In this document: in pieces, positions 14,683 through 27,513 of the stretch
How positions within the stretch are numbered: the stretch's first letter is position 1
Layout: every line of letters begins with the position of its first letter
Source: Lytechinus pictus
Taxonomy: Eukaryota
Length of the DNA: 64,000 nt
NCBI RefSeq assembly: GCF_037042905.1
Contig: NC_087246.1
Span: 8,806,001 to 8,870,000, forward strand
Direction: 5' to 3'
Program-made: the position numbers and the translations under genes
The notes under the pieces: generated by a model
What the model saw: the letters and a program-made list of their open reading frames with translations, nothing else
Told to the model about the DNA's origin: nothing
The model's database searches: none

Positions 14683-15411
14683 TACATAAGTACACTGATA
14701 GGATTACACTTATCACGCTTATCATCAAAAATCACACACATAATGGCACCTTGAATTGATTGTTAAAATATTGATAGAAATGTACTTCTGTGTTTGTTTA
14801 TATTAATTTCAAGCTTCTACTCGCACATCTAACAAAAATCCTTATGGATGTCAGAGGAGGAAGGTTCTTATAGCCGCATCCAACACCCACACTCCATCCT
14901 CCTGGTGGTATTAAAACACCGAATCCCATTTTAGGCGTAAACTTAAATTCCACAATGGCACGTTTCAGCTACATTACTCCTGAAAAAAAAATGTTTTTTT
15001 TTTCTTTATTTAGAAACTGGAGAGTATGTTATTGTTGAAATGAGATATTTGTTCTCGATTTATAATCCATGCATATAACACTGGAATTTGAATGGAGCTA
15101 ATAATACGGAATGATCGAACAACACCAAGATGTCATATTCCCCTCCGAGAAAGATAAAAAAAAAAAAAAAAAATGAAAATCTTTTGAATTCTTAGGCACT
15201 AGTATAGCTTTGCTCAAGTCTTTATTTCGGAGTTTTCGCTTTTACTACGAGGAAACTCTCTACAACCATCAATTCCTTTGAAAATGCAATAAAAATCACA
15301 ATGGAGAACTGAGAGGCAGTTTGTCGAAAGCTGGTGGACTGGGATACCGGATCATCCGAAGATTTGCCCCTGAAGAACAAATGCAAATACATGAAATATG
15401 TCGCTCTCCAG

Positions 15412-16830
15412 CAACCGCGTAGCCAGGATTTCATTTTGGAGGGGGCGGTAAATGCACGCGAAGCGTGCCAACGGTGCCAACACTTACAGAGCGCGCGAAG
15501 CGCGCTCCCTAGGGGGTGGGTGCGCGAAGTTAAGAAAGCGCGAAGTTAAGAAAGCGCGAAGCTTTCTGTGTTTCATAAATTAAAATGAAAAGGAGCCGTC
15601 TCTCTTGTCTCTAGTACGGTACCTATATCAGCTCCAATTCAGTTGACTAGATTGTGATTTTGAACCTTGTTTTCAAAAGTGAATGTGAACCCAAAAAATT
15701 GATAGAATGGAGGAAATAAAGATAATAATTACCCCGCGCGAAGCGCGAAAGCTAAAGCGTTTTATCAATTTTTTGCAAAGAAAAGGGTCCCTATAAAAGG
15801 GTATTCTCTAAGTTATATTGAATGATTCCCTTGGAAATATCAGATTTGATTACAAACAGTGACAGTGCATATATTTAACTCGCAAAACAGAGGAGTAGAA
15901 GGGTATATATGTGTATGCCGGGAGGAAGATATTCTTCCCCGCGCAGAGCAATGAAACTCTGAAATTTCAAAGGGTGGACGTTTTATCAAATGCAGATATC
16001 TCTAATACCACATCGGCTCTAATTCAATTGATTTTCTAAGATTATTGAACTCCATTACAAGGAAAATAGTGCGCCAAAAATTTGAAACTTCTGTGATTTA
16101 TTGAAATTATATAAAAAAGGATGATGTATAATTTCTTTGACATATCCCGAAGCGCTTCATTTTGAATGATAAAGAAACTTAGTGTCATTCAAAATTTCAA
16201 AAATGAGGGCGCAAAACAGGACAGAAGATGAATGTGCAGGGAAATGATCTGAAGTTTAATAGAATTTGATAAAAATATTATACTTTTTTTATTTAATACG
16301 ACACGAATTTGATACCTTCCTCTTTTTAAATTAGGAACCTGTTTGCCCCAAAATTATGAGTTGCCTATATGGAGGTGACGGCAGGAATTGATATAAAGAT
16401 TTTACCCGCCCGGAGCCGACTCGACCAGAAGTTGCGCGATCAATTTGAGAAAAAAAGATAACTTCATATACTTCGGCCTAACCTTACTCTAATTCCATGC
16501 CCTAATGTATACATTTGAACTTTAACCGGCAAGAAACACATATAGCTGAGGTGGAAAAACGGCAGGGTAAGAGAAAGGGCGTGGGAAACAAAGGAGAACT
16601 GCAATATTGTCATTTAACCGCGCGCAGTGCGGAAGCAAAATTCATATTATATAAGTTTAGAGCAACAGTGAAGGAGTTTCTCTTTGAGAAAAAATTAAAG
16701 AATTAAAAGAAAACCCCACAAAGCTACCTTTCTTTTCTTTCCTTTCCTCCCCTCGCTTTTCTTTTTCTCCTCTTTTTCCCCCTTTTTTTTGTTTTTTTTT
16801 GGGGGGACTACCCCCCTGGCTTCGCGCCTG
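15412..16830. mobile_element. Non-autonomous hAT-like element
   Basis: Imperfect TIR (CAACCGCGTAGCCAGG / CCTGGCTTCGCGCCTG) and exact 8-bp TSD CTCTCCAG at 15404-15411 and 16831-16838. Confidence 0.8.
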
Positions 16831-19758
16831 CTCTCCAGAGTCACGAGATTCCGATGCTGTCTTGGTCCACCAACTTTCAACAAAAGCCTCTCGGCTCTCC
16901 AGTGTGATTTGACATGCATTTTCAAAGGAATGGTGCATTGTAGAGAGTCTCCCCCACAGGAAATGCGAAAAGTTCGAAATATCGTGTTGTGAGAAACCTT
17001 TAGGATAAGGTCAGAAAAATGAGGTGTATCACACGGGTGTCACGTAGGCGAATTATTGTTATTGTGTCTGAGCTCAATTAAGTTTACTTCAACTCCATTG
17101 TAGTTTTTATTGCTTCAGTGGGACAATGGGAAACTAATCTGAGGGCAAGGTTATGCTGCAATGATGAATAAAATTGGTTACCATTCCATGTAGCCATAAA
17201 CTTATGTAGATTTCCATACAATTAACATCGTGACTAACAGTCCAGTAGAACTCATCAACATTTTATCATAACGGTACAAATGCATTTTTTTTTCATTTAT
17301 TTATTGTCTTTTTACTTGAAATGTTAGTTTAGATAATACTGATTCGAAATCAGGTTGATGCCACTTTGGCACCCTTGAGCATTTGTTTAAATCAACGCTT
17401 TAAGTACGCTGACTTTCTCAAGCTGACCACTACATAAAGTAATGCAATTCGTGCATGTGTACACATGTGTTATATTTTATCAAGCCAAAGGTTATTTCAT
17501 GTAAATTGTAATTATGAACAATCTGAAAAAAGTGTAAGATCTTTTGGTCAAACAGAGTCAAATTCAAGGCCATATAAGGTCATTTTGACCACGTCCACTA
17601 ACTGAAAACAATAAATACAGAAAATCATGCCGACGGTTTGGTATCAGACAAAAGCATACATGATGCCGAAAGTTGAAATGGATATTAAAAGAGCACTCGA
17701 AATATGTATCACATGGAATTCATGTTCACGGTACGTTTAAAAACATTGGTCAATAGCCTACACAAAAAGAAGTGTTTTTTATGTATTTGCTTACGGGTGC
17801 ATCAGAAGTTGAAGTTATATATATATTCATGTGATTTTAAGTTGATTTTGCATCATAATAAGCATCAAGTTATCAAGCTTTGAGAAAATTGCATTAAAAA
17901 GGCTTTTGTTACCTACTCATGAAACCATAGAATAACTTGTTCCAATGTAATATTTGACCCTTCCAACCCGCATAGTGTAGACACCAATATTATTTCCCAC
18001 AGGTGGATATTATATGAACTATGACCATTTTTAAATGATGGAAGTCATTTCAGAAGCTATTTCGAAACCTTCTCGGATTTTAGGCAAAATAGACAACTGC
18101 ATATCATTTAACCATTCCGAAATTACTATTTGACCCTTGAAGCTACAGTGTAGACACCTAACCATATTGCCCAGGTGGATTTTAAAAAAACTACGTCCAT
18201 TTGTAAGTAACAACAGCCATTTTAGACCCCCATGTTTGGAAGTCATCTAGGATTTTTGACATACTGGACCGCTGACTGTCATTGTAATTAGTTTGAATGT
18301 ATTACTTGACCCTTGAAACCGTGGTGTATAGACACAAGAATCATATTCCCAGGCCGGATATTAAACAATCTGTCGTAAAAAAACAGCAATTTTAGACTTC
18401 ATGCTTGGGGATAAGGTATGTTATGGATATTATATTGGCCCATCTAGCAGCATATAAATTGCATTTCTCTATGCTATTGTCAGAATGAAAAGTGGGCGTG
18501 GCTTAAAGTGTTTTTAAAAAAGCAATGATGCTTACTTAAGTGACGTCATTTTTTCCAGCAGAAATATTTCATTTGTACCCTACTTTACGCTTGCGGTAAA
18601 GTTCTACTGAACTATAAAAAATCATCGTTAATGACTGTATCGCCGATCTGATAAAAATATCGACGAAACATTGTTTAACTTTAATTAGTCATTCATATTG
18701 CTGACGGATAGATATTCATGATTTAGATTAACAACCAATAATTAAAGTGGCCTCGTCATGACCGGCGGAAACGGGGCAGTTTAATGAGATACCTTGTTCA
18801 TTACGATTACATGGCGCTTAAAATGTCCTGTTTCAGGTCAACCTACAAACAATATTTCAGATGTGCTTCGTGCTCATATTATTTTGGCTAGCTGTTAATA
18901 AAGTGCATGATATTCCCCTTGTCAGGTCTGAATATTGAAATATTTCGGCTTTGTCTTCACGTTCGCATGATTGGTTTAGTGAGATAAGCATGCACCAGAG
19001 TCATAAGTTCCTACACAAATGCCCAGTGTTCTGTCAGGATATACTAACTTATAAATTTCAGTTCGCGCCGGGTTGTATTTTTGGTCATATGTGCTTAAAA
19101 TTGCCGGTATCTCGTCAATATATCAAAAGGTTTCAACTCCCGTTTCGCACTCTCATTAATCATTTATTTTGTTTCACTCACGATTAATATGAATGTGGGT
19201 AAAAATTAATGACCCCTTTTAGGTCAGGGATATTAAAGATTTGAGTTCTTGTTTCGCATTATTTTTTAAAGTGAGAAATGTATCCTTTCCTCGAATTCCT
19301 GCAGGCATTCCTTAAATGTCCCCTTTCAGGTCATTATACCAAATCTGAGCTCGAACTTCGCGCTCTTATTATCAGTACATATCCTGTTCATGAATTGCTA
19401 CAAGAACTCCTTAAAATGTCCCGTTTTCAGATCAGTATATCACATTTAAAAATTCCATAAAACACTGGTCCCATCAAGCCTCTGTTGCCCCCTCAACTCA
19501 CCTGTGAAGTTTTCGCGCAAAATTAATATTCTGTTCCCATTTAAAATTGGGCCCATCCACTCTAATAAAAACCGTTCAGCCGGCCTTGGGATGTGTGATG
19601 ACAATCACAAACAGGTAGGCGCGAAAATGACGGTCCTAGTACACTGTAAAATGGTAGTAGATTTAAGACGAATTAGATTACCCCACATATTAGCGTGGCA
19701 ATTCCTAATTTCAATAATTACATTAACTCCCAATTTTATGTACTACCTTTAAATCTTA

Positions 19759-19796
<38 letters not shown>

Positions 19797-19945
19797 CCGG
19801 AGGCGGAGGGCCACTTCATTGAAGAGTGGATACCACGCGCGACCAAATAAACACATATAGGGCACGATAGGATAAATAGGGCACGTTACGTACGTAACGT
19901 AATAAGGGTGTCAAAAACACTGACATAATGAAGAAGGGGTATCTA

Positions 19946-22049
19946 TACACAACAAAAAAAGTAAGTCCCCCCTAAATCAAATTGATGTAACTTTTGAACG
20001 GAATTATTTTTAGATATGATATTTCGTAGGTGGTTTTTTACACTCATTAGACAACTCCTAGGGGAAAATGAGATTGATCGGTTGAGTCATGCATGAGTAA
20101 TTAAAAATTGAATTAAAAATGACCATTTTTAAAAGTCACAAGAGTCGTTTTCCAGATTGTGCGAATACAAAGTTGGGCAAAAGTTGTTGTTAGGTGAATT
20201 TTATGATGTTAATACTGTTTTACTATCCATCATTTAGCCACTTCACACACAATTTTGATATCGTATGTTCATGGTTGAGTGAGCACAATATTGCAGGGGC
20301 CGCAGAAGCGGGGTGGGGGATGGAGGCCCCCCCCCCCCCAATTTTTTCCAAAAGCATGTACAAAAATGTAAAAATGACCATACGATTGTGATTTTTTGCA
20401 TGGTCAGCCCCCCCCCCCCCCCCACTTTTGGCTAAGCCCCTCCCGCACACTTTGAACACCGTTCCGCGGCCCCTGTATTGTGACGTATCATTATAGAGGT
20501 TTTTGGTAGTATCCTCTACAACTTGTTAGGTCATATTAAATTTTGAAAATGTTGGTGGCTCCCCCGATTATAGGCCCCTCCCCCATTTTTAAATTCTGGA
20601 TCCACCCCTGATTTGTCCATAAATTAAACTGATCATGAGAAATTGTTAGGAAAAGAATACATTTATGCAGTATAAAGAGTATTCATTCCTAAGTTTTCGA
20701 ATGTGCTCGCTCAACCATGAAAATGTTATAAGTTCGGAAAGTTTGTGGTGATAGAAATGATGGATGATAAAAACAACAGCAATTAAAGTCACATTTGAAA
20801 CCGAATTTGCCCCCAATATTCACCTTATTACACTTTAAAATGAGTCTGTGACATTGAAAATACCCATTTTCCCACTTTGATGCGTGCTCACTCATCCATA
20901 AATAAACAAATCGATTTTATTTTTGCACAGAATTCTGCCCATAGGTTGATAAACATTACTGCCGAATGATATTGCTAAAGACAGCCTTGAAAAAAAGTTC
21001 CACCATATTGAATAAGAGGTTACTTATTCTTAAACATATGCACCCATAATGTACACAAGTCTATAAGAGACGAAGTCAAAATTTTAACAAATATGAAATA
21101 AGGGTTTGTTTCATGGACGGTTTTTGTTACTTCTGCCAACAGTTATTTCATGAAACTTCGCACATGGCTTCAGAGTAACACTATCCAAAAGGCGCGCACA
21201 CCAAAATAACAATTCGATACGGCACAGAGTGGGGCCAAGGCCTTGAACTTTCTTCTCATTTGCATAATTTTCGAATATTGTGTGCTCACTGATGCATTAA
21301 ACATCGGGATTTTCATAAAAATCAAATCAAATGAACCATGCAAGGAGGTTTGTGACAGTTATCCATAGTTACAAATTGCATTTTTTCCAATAACGTAAAA
21401 AAGAGCTAATCACATTCCACATGTTCATTCAAGCGTGAATGTTTAATTAAACGCCTTTGAATCATTGAAGCATGTTAATTGGTCATGAACATAACGAAAA
21501 AGTTGATAAAAGATCAGTTTCAGTTACCAAAATTAAACGATACTTTCCTATGATATTTGAAAATCGTATTTTTTGTTTTCAATAAATGTTCATTGAACCG
21601 TGAAACGATGAATATTGTTGAAGATACTCTTCCCCAAAATAACTGTCATAACATTCTATCATTTTTATTGATAAAAATGTGTAAAAAATCCAATTATAGC
21701 AAATTTGGACTTGTTTATTCAACCGTGAAATTTCGCCAAAAAAGTTGTATCGTCTATGAGAAAGTACCCTTACAAGCCTTCTGACTATTTTTCATGATGA
21801 GAATGTGGAATCAGTTCCAATAAAATGGATTCAAAGTCATGATATTTGGCTTGTGACTTTTGAAAAGTGACATTTTTGCCTTCTGACGGTGATCACTGAA
21901 GCATGACGTAACATACGCCCATAACATTTACTCAGATGGTAGCTTATAAAATTACCTACACGCTCATGTAAAAATATATAAAAAAACTCGCATTGGTTCG
22001 GAAATTATTGATGTTTGTTCAAGGGGGGACTTACTTGTTTTGTTGTGTA
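19946..22049. mobile_element. Tc1/mariner-type non-autonomous element (nested)
   Basis: TIR TACACAACAAAA.AAGTAAGTCCCCCC with TA duplication; no transposase ORF seen. Confidence 0.75.
20294..20475. mobile_element. CAGGGGCCGC MITE (copy 2, opposite orientation)
   Basis: Same TIR family as 8828-8990; TSD TATTG. Confidence 0.85.
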
Positions 22050-22649
22050 TATTTCGCTAGGAAAGCTACGTGTTTAGAGTCAAATTTGCGAGGGTAAAAA
22101 GACTAAAATATTATAGGCCTATATGAAGGATGTACTTTTTGCCCCAACAGTCAACACTACGTGTTTAGAGTCCGATTTGCCCGAGGTGTGGGAGGTGGAG
22201 CCGTCCGGGGGAGCCGTACAAGCCCAATGATGTAGGTAAAGGTAAAACCGACGTCCGTGACATTAAAATATCGCTGACTTGTTTAGGGGTTCAATACAGG
22301 GAATACTTGCCAATAAGGGTATTGATTTGTTTTCAATACTTGTTAAGGGTAGGGTTTCACACGCAAATACTTGTTAAGGGGTGCATTTTCAGAATATGGA
22401 AAATACTTGTTTACGGCGCTTTTCGGGACCCCATGGTCGCGCATGGTATCCACTCGTCAATGGAAGTGCCCCCCCCCCCCCGGGCTCTCTGTCTATCATT
22501 GGCTCATAACGACGGAGTATGTAATAACCCACTGGTGTTTACGCGGTCCTGTCTGTCATTAAAAAGGGGGCATTTAATCTGAGGAGAAAGATTCTCAATG
22601 GAAGCATGTAAGAGAGATTCGGAGTAGTACTACCTTGTTACTGATGGCT

Positions 22650-22787
22650 CAGGGGCCGCGGAACGGTTTTCAAAGTGGGGGGGGGGGTGAGCCAAAAGTG
22701 GGGGGCTGACCCTGCTAAAAATCACACTCATATGGAAAAAAGTGGGGGGCTGAAGCCCCCCCCCCCCCCCCGGTTCCGCGGCCCCTG
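22650..22787. mobile_element. CAGGGGCCGC MITE (copy 3)
   Basis: Same TIR family; TSD TGGCT. Confidence 0.85.
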
Positions 22788-23527
22788 TGGCTAATGTATA
22801 AGCAGGGAAGTGGGAGGCTCCCCTCATATAAGCATTCGTATCCATGCTATTAAACATTGGTATCTTTTTGTGATCAGCGCATTATTAACCATACTGGAGC
22901 TCCATGCAAGGCAGAAACCTTTCCTAGCGGACCCGTGCGCGTGTAGGCCTATTGATGCATGATGGAATATTGTTCGGATCATATTTTGGCATCAACGAAA
23001 TTGGTCCACCGTTTCCCACAACACTAATCAACTAGAATTCATTTCAGAATTGAATTCAGAACGTTAAACGCTTGTATTCCTAACGTCATGTGAAATATTC
23101 AGTAAGTCACCTGGTACTGGGTAAAGTGATAGTCATTGTAACGGAAATACACACCATGCCCAATAGAACAGAACAGATGTCGATGGAAACCAGAAGTGAC
23201 CGAGTCAGTTATGGTCCTGGGTCAATGTAAGTTTATTATACCATTTACAGTATTCTGCAATGGGACGAGTAACCTATTAAACAAGAGTGCAAATGAATTA
23301 TTCTAAAGAGCTATTTAAAAGGAGTGAATCTTGGGTAATTAAATCAGTTTCAGTACCGGTAGTACAGAATCAGAGAGATGTGACTGCCGGGGCGTCGATC
23401 TATTTTCAAGATTGGGGGGGGGGGGGGGATCATGAGTCATAGGCCTAAATCAACATTACAAAGGCGCTCGATCGCACAAAACAAACAAAATCACACCCCC
23501 ACACACATATATTACATATATATATGG

Positions 23528-23564
<37 letters not shown>

Positions 23565-24012
23565 TCGGCAAAAAAAGTTCTTGGACACTTATAAAAGTTA
23601 AAATATTCCATATAGATATTTGATTAAAGGCAAATTATTGTATGTCAACATGACCAGACAATATTCATCTTCCAGTATGACATGACTATTTCATGTGAAC
23701 AGTCATGCATGGGTGGTTAAAAACTTTAAACAATAGCAATGTCAGTAAAAGAAAATTGCAAGAAATGGAACAGTCAGTGCATGGCTGGTTACAGGCATTA
23801 AACAATAGCAATGTCAGTAACAGGAAATTTCAAGAAAATGATAAGTCATTCTTTCAGTTGTGAAAGTTTATGTGGCATAAATATCCATTAAACGATAAAA
23901 GCAAACTAAACTAAAAATAAAAGTCAAATACCACTCTAAAGGAGAAGAGAAAATTATCCACCTTGGACGCATCACTCGGGGCATCACTATTCCACTGGAA
24001 TTTTAAGTCAAA

Positions 24013-24207
<195 letters not shown>

Positions 24208-24659
24208 GCACCTTTGGGAGACAATATGGGTGTAAAATTTTTGCATTAAGCAGACACTTGATTTAAGGAGACAATTTCGTGTCTCCTTATGTTTCCACCT
24301 ATGTTTTCCCCCATTTAACACGCGTTTTCCTCCTGACGAAGCGAGACCCATAGAGTAAAACTTTTCCCGCTTTTATCAGACTATTCCATTATCCTTCAGG
24401 GGCCCTTTAAGTCTTGTGTTAGGTACTAGAATGTTGGGGGTTGTATATTTCATGGAGTTATGAAACAGTATTATGGAGACTTTCCGTTTTCAGCTTCTTG
24501 CTACTAAAAATAATTTCATATCTTCATTAGATGATTATCAATGTATACATATGTTAATTCTGAACTGATTTATTTCTTTTTTTATAGAAAATATTGAAAA
24601 TTTTAGGATATATCCTGAAAAACATAAAAAGCTCCCCCTAAAAAAGTGAACTTTATAGT

Positions 24660-25700
24660 CTTCCGCACCGTGCGCGTAAGCGAGCTTAGATCATGCTGCT
24701 ATACATGTATATCGAGTCATACTAGGCTCGCCGCGCTCCCGGGCGGGCGCCGGGCCGGGCGCGGCCGACCGGAGATATGTACGTACGTACCGTACCGGCC
24801 GCGCCAACCAACCGAGCGTAGCAGCTAGTCATTCCTATATCGGCAGGGCCATGCCAGGGCTGAGAGGTCGCAGCCGCTTTGATAAAGTTGAAGAGGTAAG
24901 TGTCACTAACAGTGATTTTTTTTGTACATTTTCGTATATTTCAGTCCCTTCGCAATGATAGTATTATTAAAGTGGCAAAAGTAGGCCTAAGAATCCATCG
25001 ACATCACCCCGCGCCGCGGACGCTGCCACTGCGTGTGGGTTACTGTGCCTGTGCCTGTGGCAGCGCCCTGACGACTTGTATGCATTCAGTCGACAGAAAA
25101 TGGGTCTATTTTCCTCTTTTTAACTTTGAAATTGGGAAACAAGTAACCCGCAGGTAATTGTAAGTATATTATCTAACATTGGGGCAGGTTTTTCTTGAAA
25201 GCAAGTCTCTCTTTTTGGGTCTAGAGCCATCCCGTTTAAGCTATTTTATCAACTACGATAGATCGGGTACCCGTGCCAAGCCCATGCGACCCGAACGGAA
25301 GCGTCAACGGTTCAGGTCGGTGCGGCTACCATCGACATTGATGTTCTGCAGAGCAAAGTCTGCCACTCGGCACTAAGTCTAGTAAGAGTAAGACTATTAA
25401 AGTAAGGCTTAAGTTAAGCCTACAAGTTCTAAGCCTAAGGCTAAGCTAAGGCTCTAAGTCTAAAGCCAGGCTAGCCCTAGGGCTTAGCCCCGGGGACGCC
25501 CGCTTGTCGCAGTAGGCCTACTACTAAGTACTAGTATTATTAAGTCTAGTATAGTAAGGGCTAAGGCTAGCCACGGGAGCGGGAGCGTCCTGAATAGCCT
25601 GGAGGCTTCTGGGGAGTAAATATACTAAAAGTCATCTACTATACGTACTACGTAGGCTTACTCCCGCATGAAGCCTGGGCCTGGGGATCATTCCTCTCTG
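24660..25700 (+). promoter_or_regulatory. CpG/GC-rich putative promoter and non-coding first exon of the SET-recombinase gene
   Basis: One of the most CpG-rich stretches in the window, just inside the left end, with a consensus splice donor GAG|GTAAGT at 24895/24896. The start ATG at 30590 directly follows an acceptor AG, implying an upstream exon. Confidence 0.45.
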
Positions 25701-26129
25701 TAGAGGCTAGGATTTCCCACGGTTACAGTAGATTTAAATCACAGATTGTATAAATTGTTTTGAGCCCAAACTATAATTGTAAATGGGCCAAAACAATATT
25801 TCCCCCCGAATTTGATATTTTTGATTAATTTTTCTCAATAAATAGTATGAAATTTAAAGAAATTTAAGAGCACGAGAGTTCACTTACCCAGTCTGTTATG
25901 GTCGCCATCTTGAAGTCTTTGTTATCGATACCTAGATACCATGTGTATAGCCGCCAACTTAGATTTAAAAAATACTTGCATTGGCCGAAAATATTATAAA
26001 TCGTCAAATACTTGCATCGGTCGATAAATATAAAAAACATTGGTTTTTGATATTTCTGGGGATTTATTCAACAATTTCTGACTTTTATTTTTACTGTCAT
26101 CCCCATTCACCGACGGTAACCCGACTTAA

Positions 26130-26696
26130 AGGACAAGTCCACTCCAACAAAAAGTTGATTTGAATAAAAAGAGAAAAATCCAACAAGCATAACACTGAAA
26201 ATTTCATCAAAATTGGATGTAAAATAAGAAATAAGATATTTTAAAGTTTCACTTAATTACACAAAACAGTTATATGCACATCCTGGCTGGTATGCAAATG
26301 AGGTGACTATGACGTCATCCACTCCCTATTTCTTTTGTATTTTATTATATGAAATATGAAATATTCTAATTTTCTCCTCATTGTCAAGTGATACAACAAT
26401 CAATTCGTCCCTGAACGTGTGGAATTAGTAATGTTTAATACTATATGGTTCAGTCAAGTTGGTCCTTATTGTCAAATCTATAAAAAAATGAAATACTGTA
26501 TTATTCAAACAATAAAAAACAAAAGAAATAGTGAGTGATGGACATCATCGACTGACTCACCTAGTTGTGCATATCATTGTTTTGCGAAAAATAAGCGAAA
26601 CTTTAAAATGCCATAACTTTCTTATTTTCAGCACTATGCTATTTAAATTTTTCTCTATTTATTCAAGTTAGCATTTTCCTGGGGTGGACTTGACCT
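26130..26696. mobile_element. Kolobok-type MITE
   Basis: AGGACAAGTCCAC...GTGGACTTGACCT with TTAA on both sides. Confidence 0.8.
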
Positions 26697-26921
26697 TTAA
26701 GTACGAGCCCCCATGGCCTGGGTAAAACCCTCCACCACTGTCCAGTGTGGTGGAAAAATTTTGTCTAGATTTTTGGCATTTTACTAGGTCTAAATCTAAA
26801 TGATATAATATTTTAAATGATGGCCCACATTACGAGGATGACCACTCCTACAAGCATTCGGCATATGGCAGCAAGCTGCGATAGCCTCAGTCATGGCCCA
26901 TGGGGCTGAAGCCTGTGTTAA

Positions 26922-27513
26922 AGGGGAATCCAACCCAAATAAAAACTTGTTTTTATAAGGAAAAGAAAAATCAGACAAGTTGATAGGTGAAAGTTTGAAC
27001 AATATTGGACAAACGACAAGAAAGTTATGAATTTTTAAAAGTTGTAAATATTGGTAATCACTATAACCATGGAGACTTCAAATTGGCCTCATATTGGATG
27101 TCATAGTGATGTAAGGCAAGGACTACTCTTTCATGTACTACAATACATATGGCTAAAATGTCATTTTTCCCAAAAGTTTTATTTCAAATTATATTTTTCT
27201 TTCATGAGGACATAAAACAATGTACTACCTGGGTTATATTTAGATTACTGCCCCAGGGAAATGGGTACTTCGGAGAAAACCACAAATCCCTGATAATAAA
27301 GTACATGGCCTATGGGAAAGTTGTCCTTGCCCCTTGTCATGATTTACTTACCCAGTTGCCAATTTGAAATCTACATAGTATTAGTGATCTCAATTTTAAA
27401 GCACCTATAACTTTCTTATTGCTTATCGGATTTCTTTCAAACTTTCACCATTCTGATTTATTTATTTTTCTCCTTCCCAACGCAACATTTTATGGCCAAG
27501 GCTGGATTCCCCT
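26922..27513. mobile_element. Kolobok-type MITE
   Basis: AGGGGAATCCA...TGGATTCCCCT with TTAA on both sides. Confidence 0.8.

Larger units (their letters stand above)
19796..22484. mobile_element. Non-autonomous TIR element with 8-bp TSD, host of nested insertions
   Basis: About 50-bp imperfect TIR (CCCGG...CACTTC...GAGTGGATACCA.GCGCGACCA); TSD CTCTCTGT. Confidence 0.8.

Noticed and set aside
15200..16990. Coding-like sequence on both sides of the hAT insertion
   Set aside because: The rejoined sequence has stops and no motif I can recognise; at most an unidentifiable decayed fragment.
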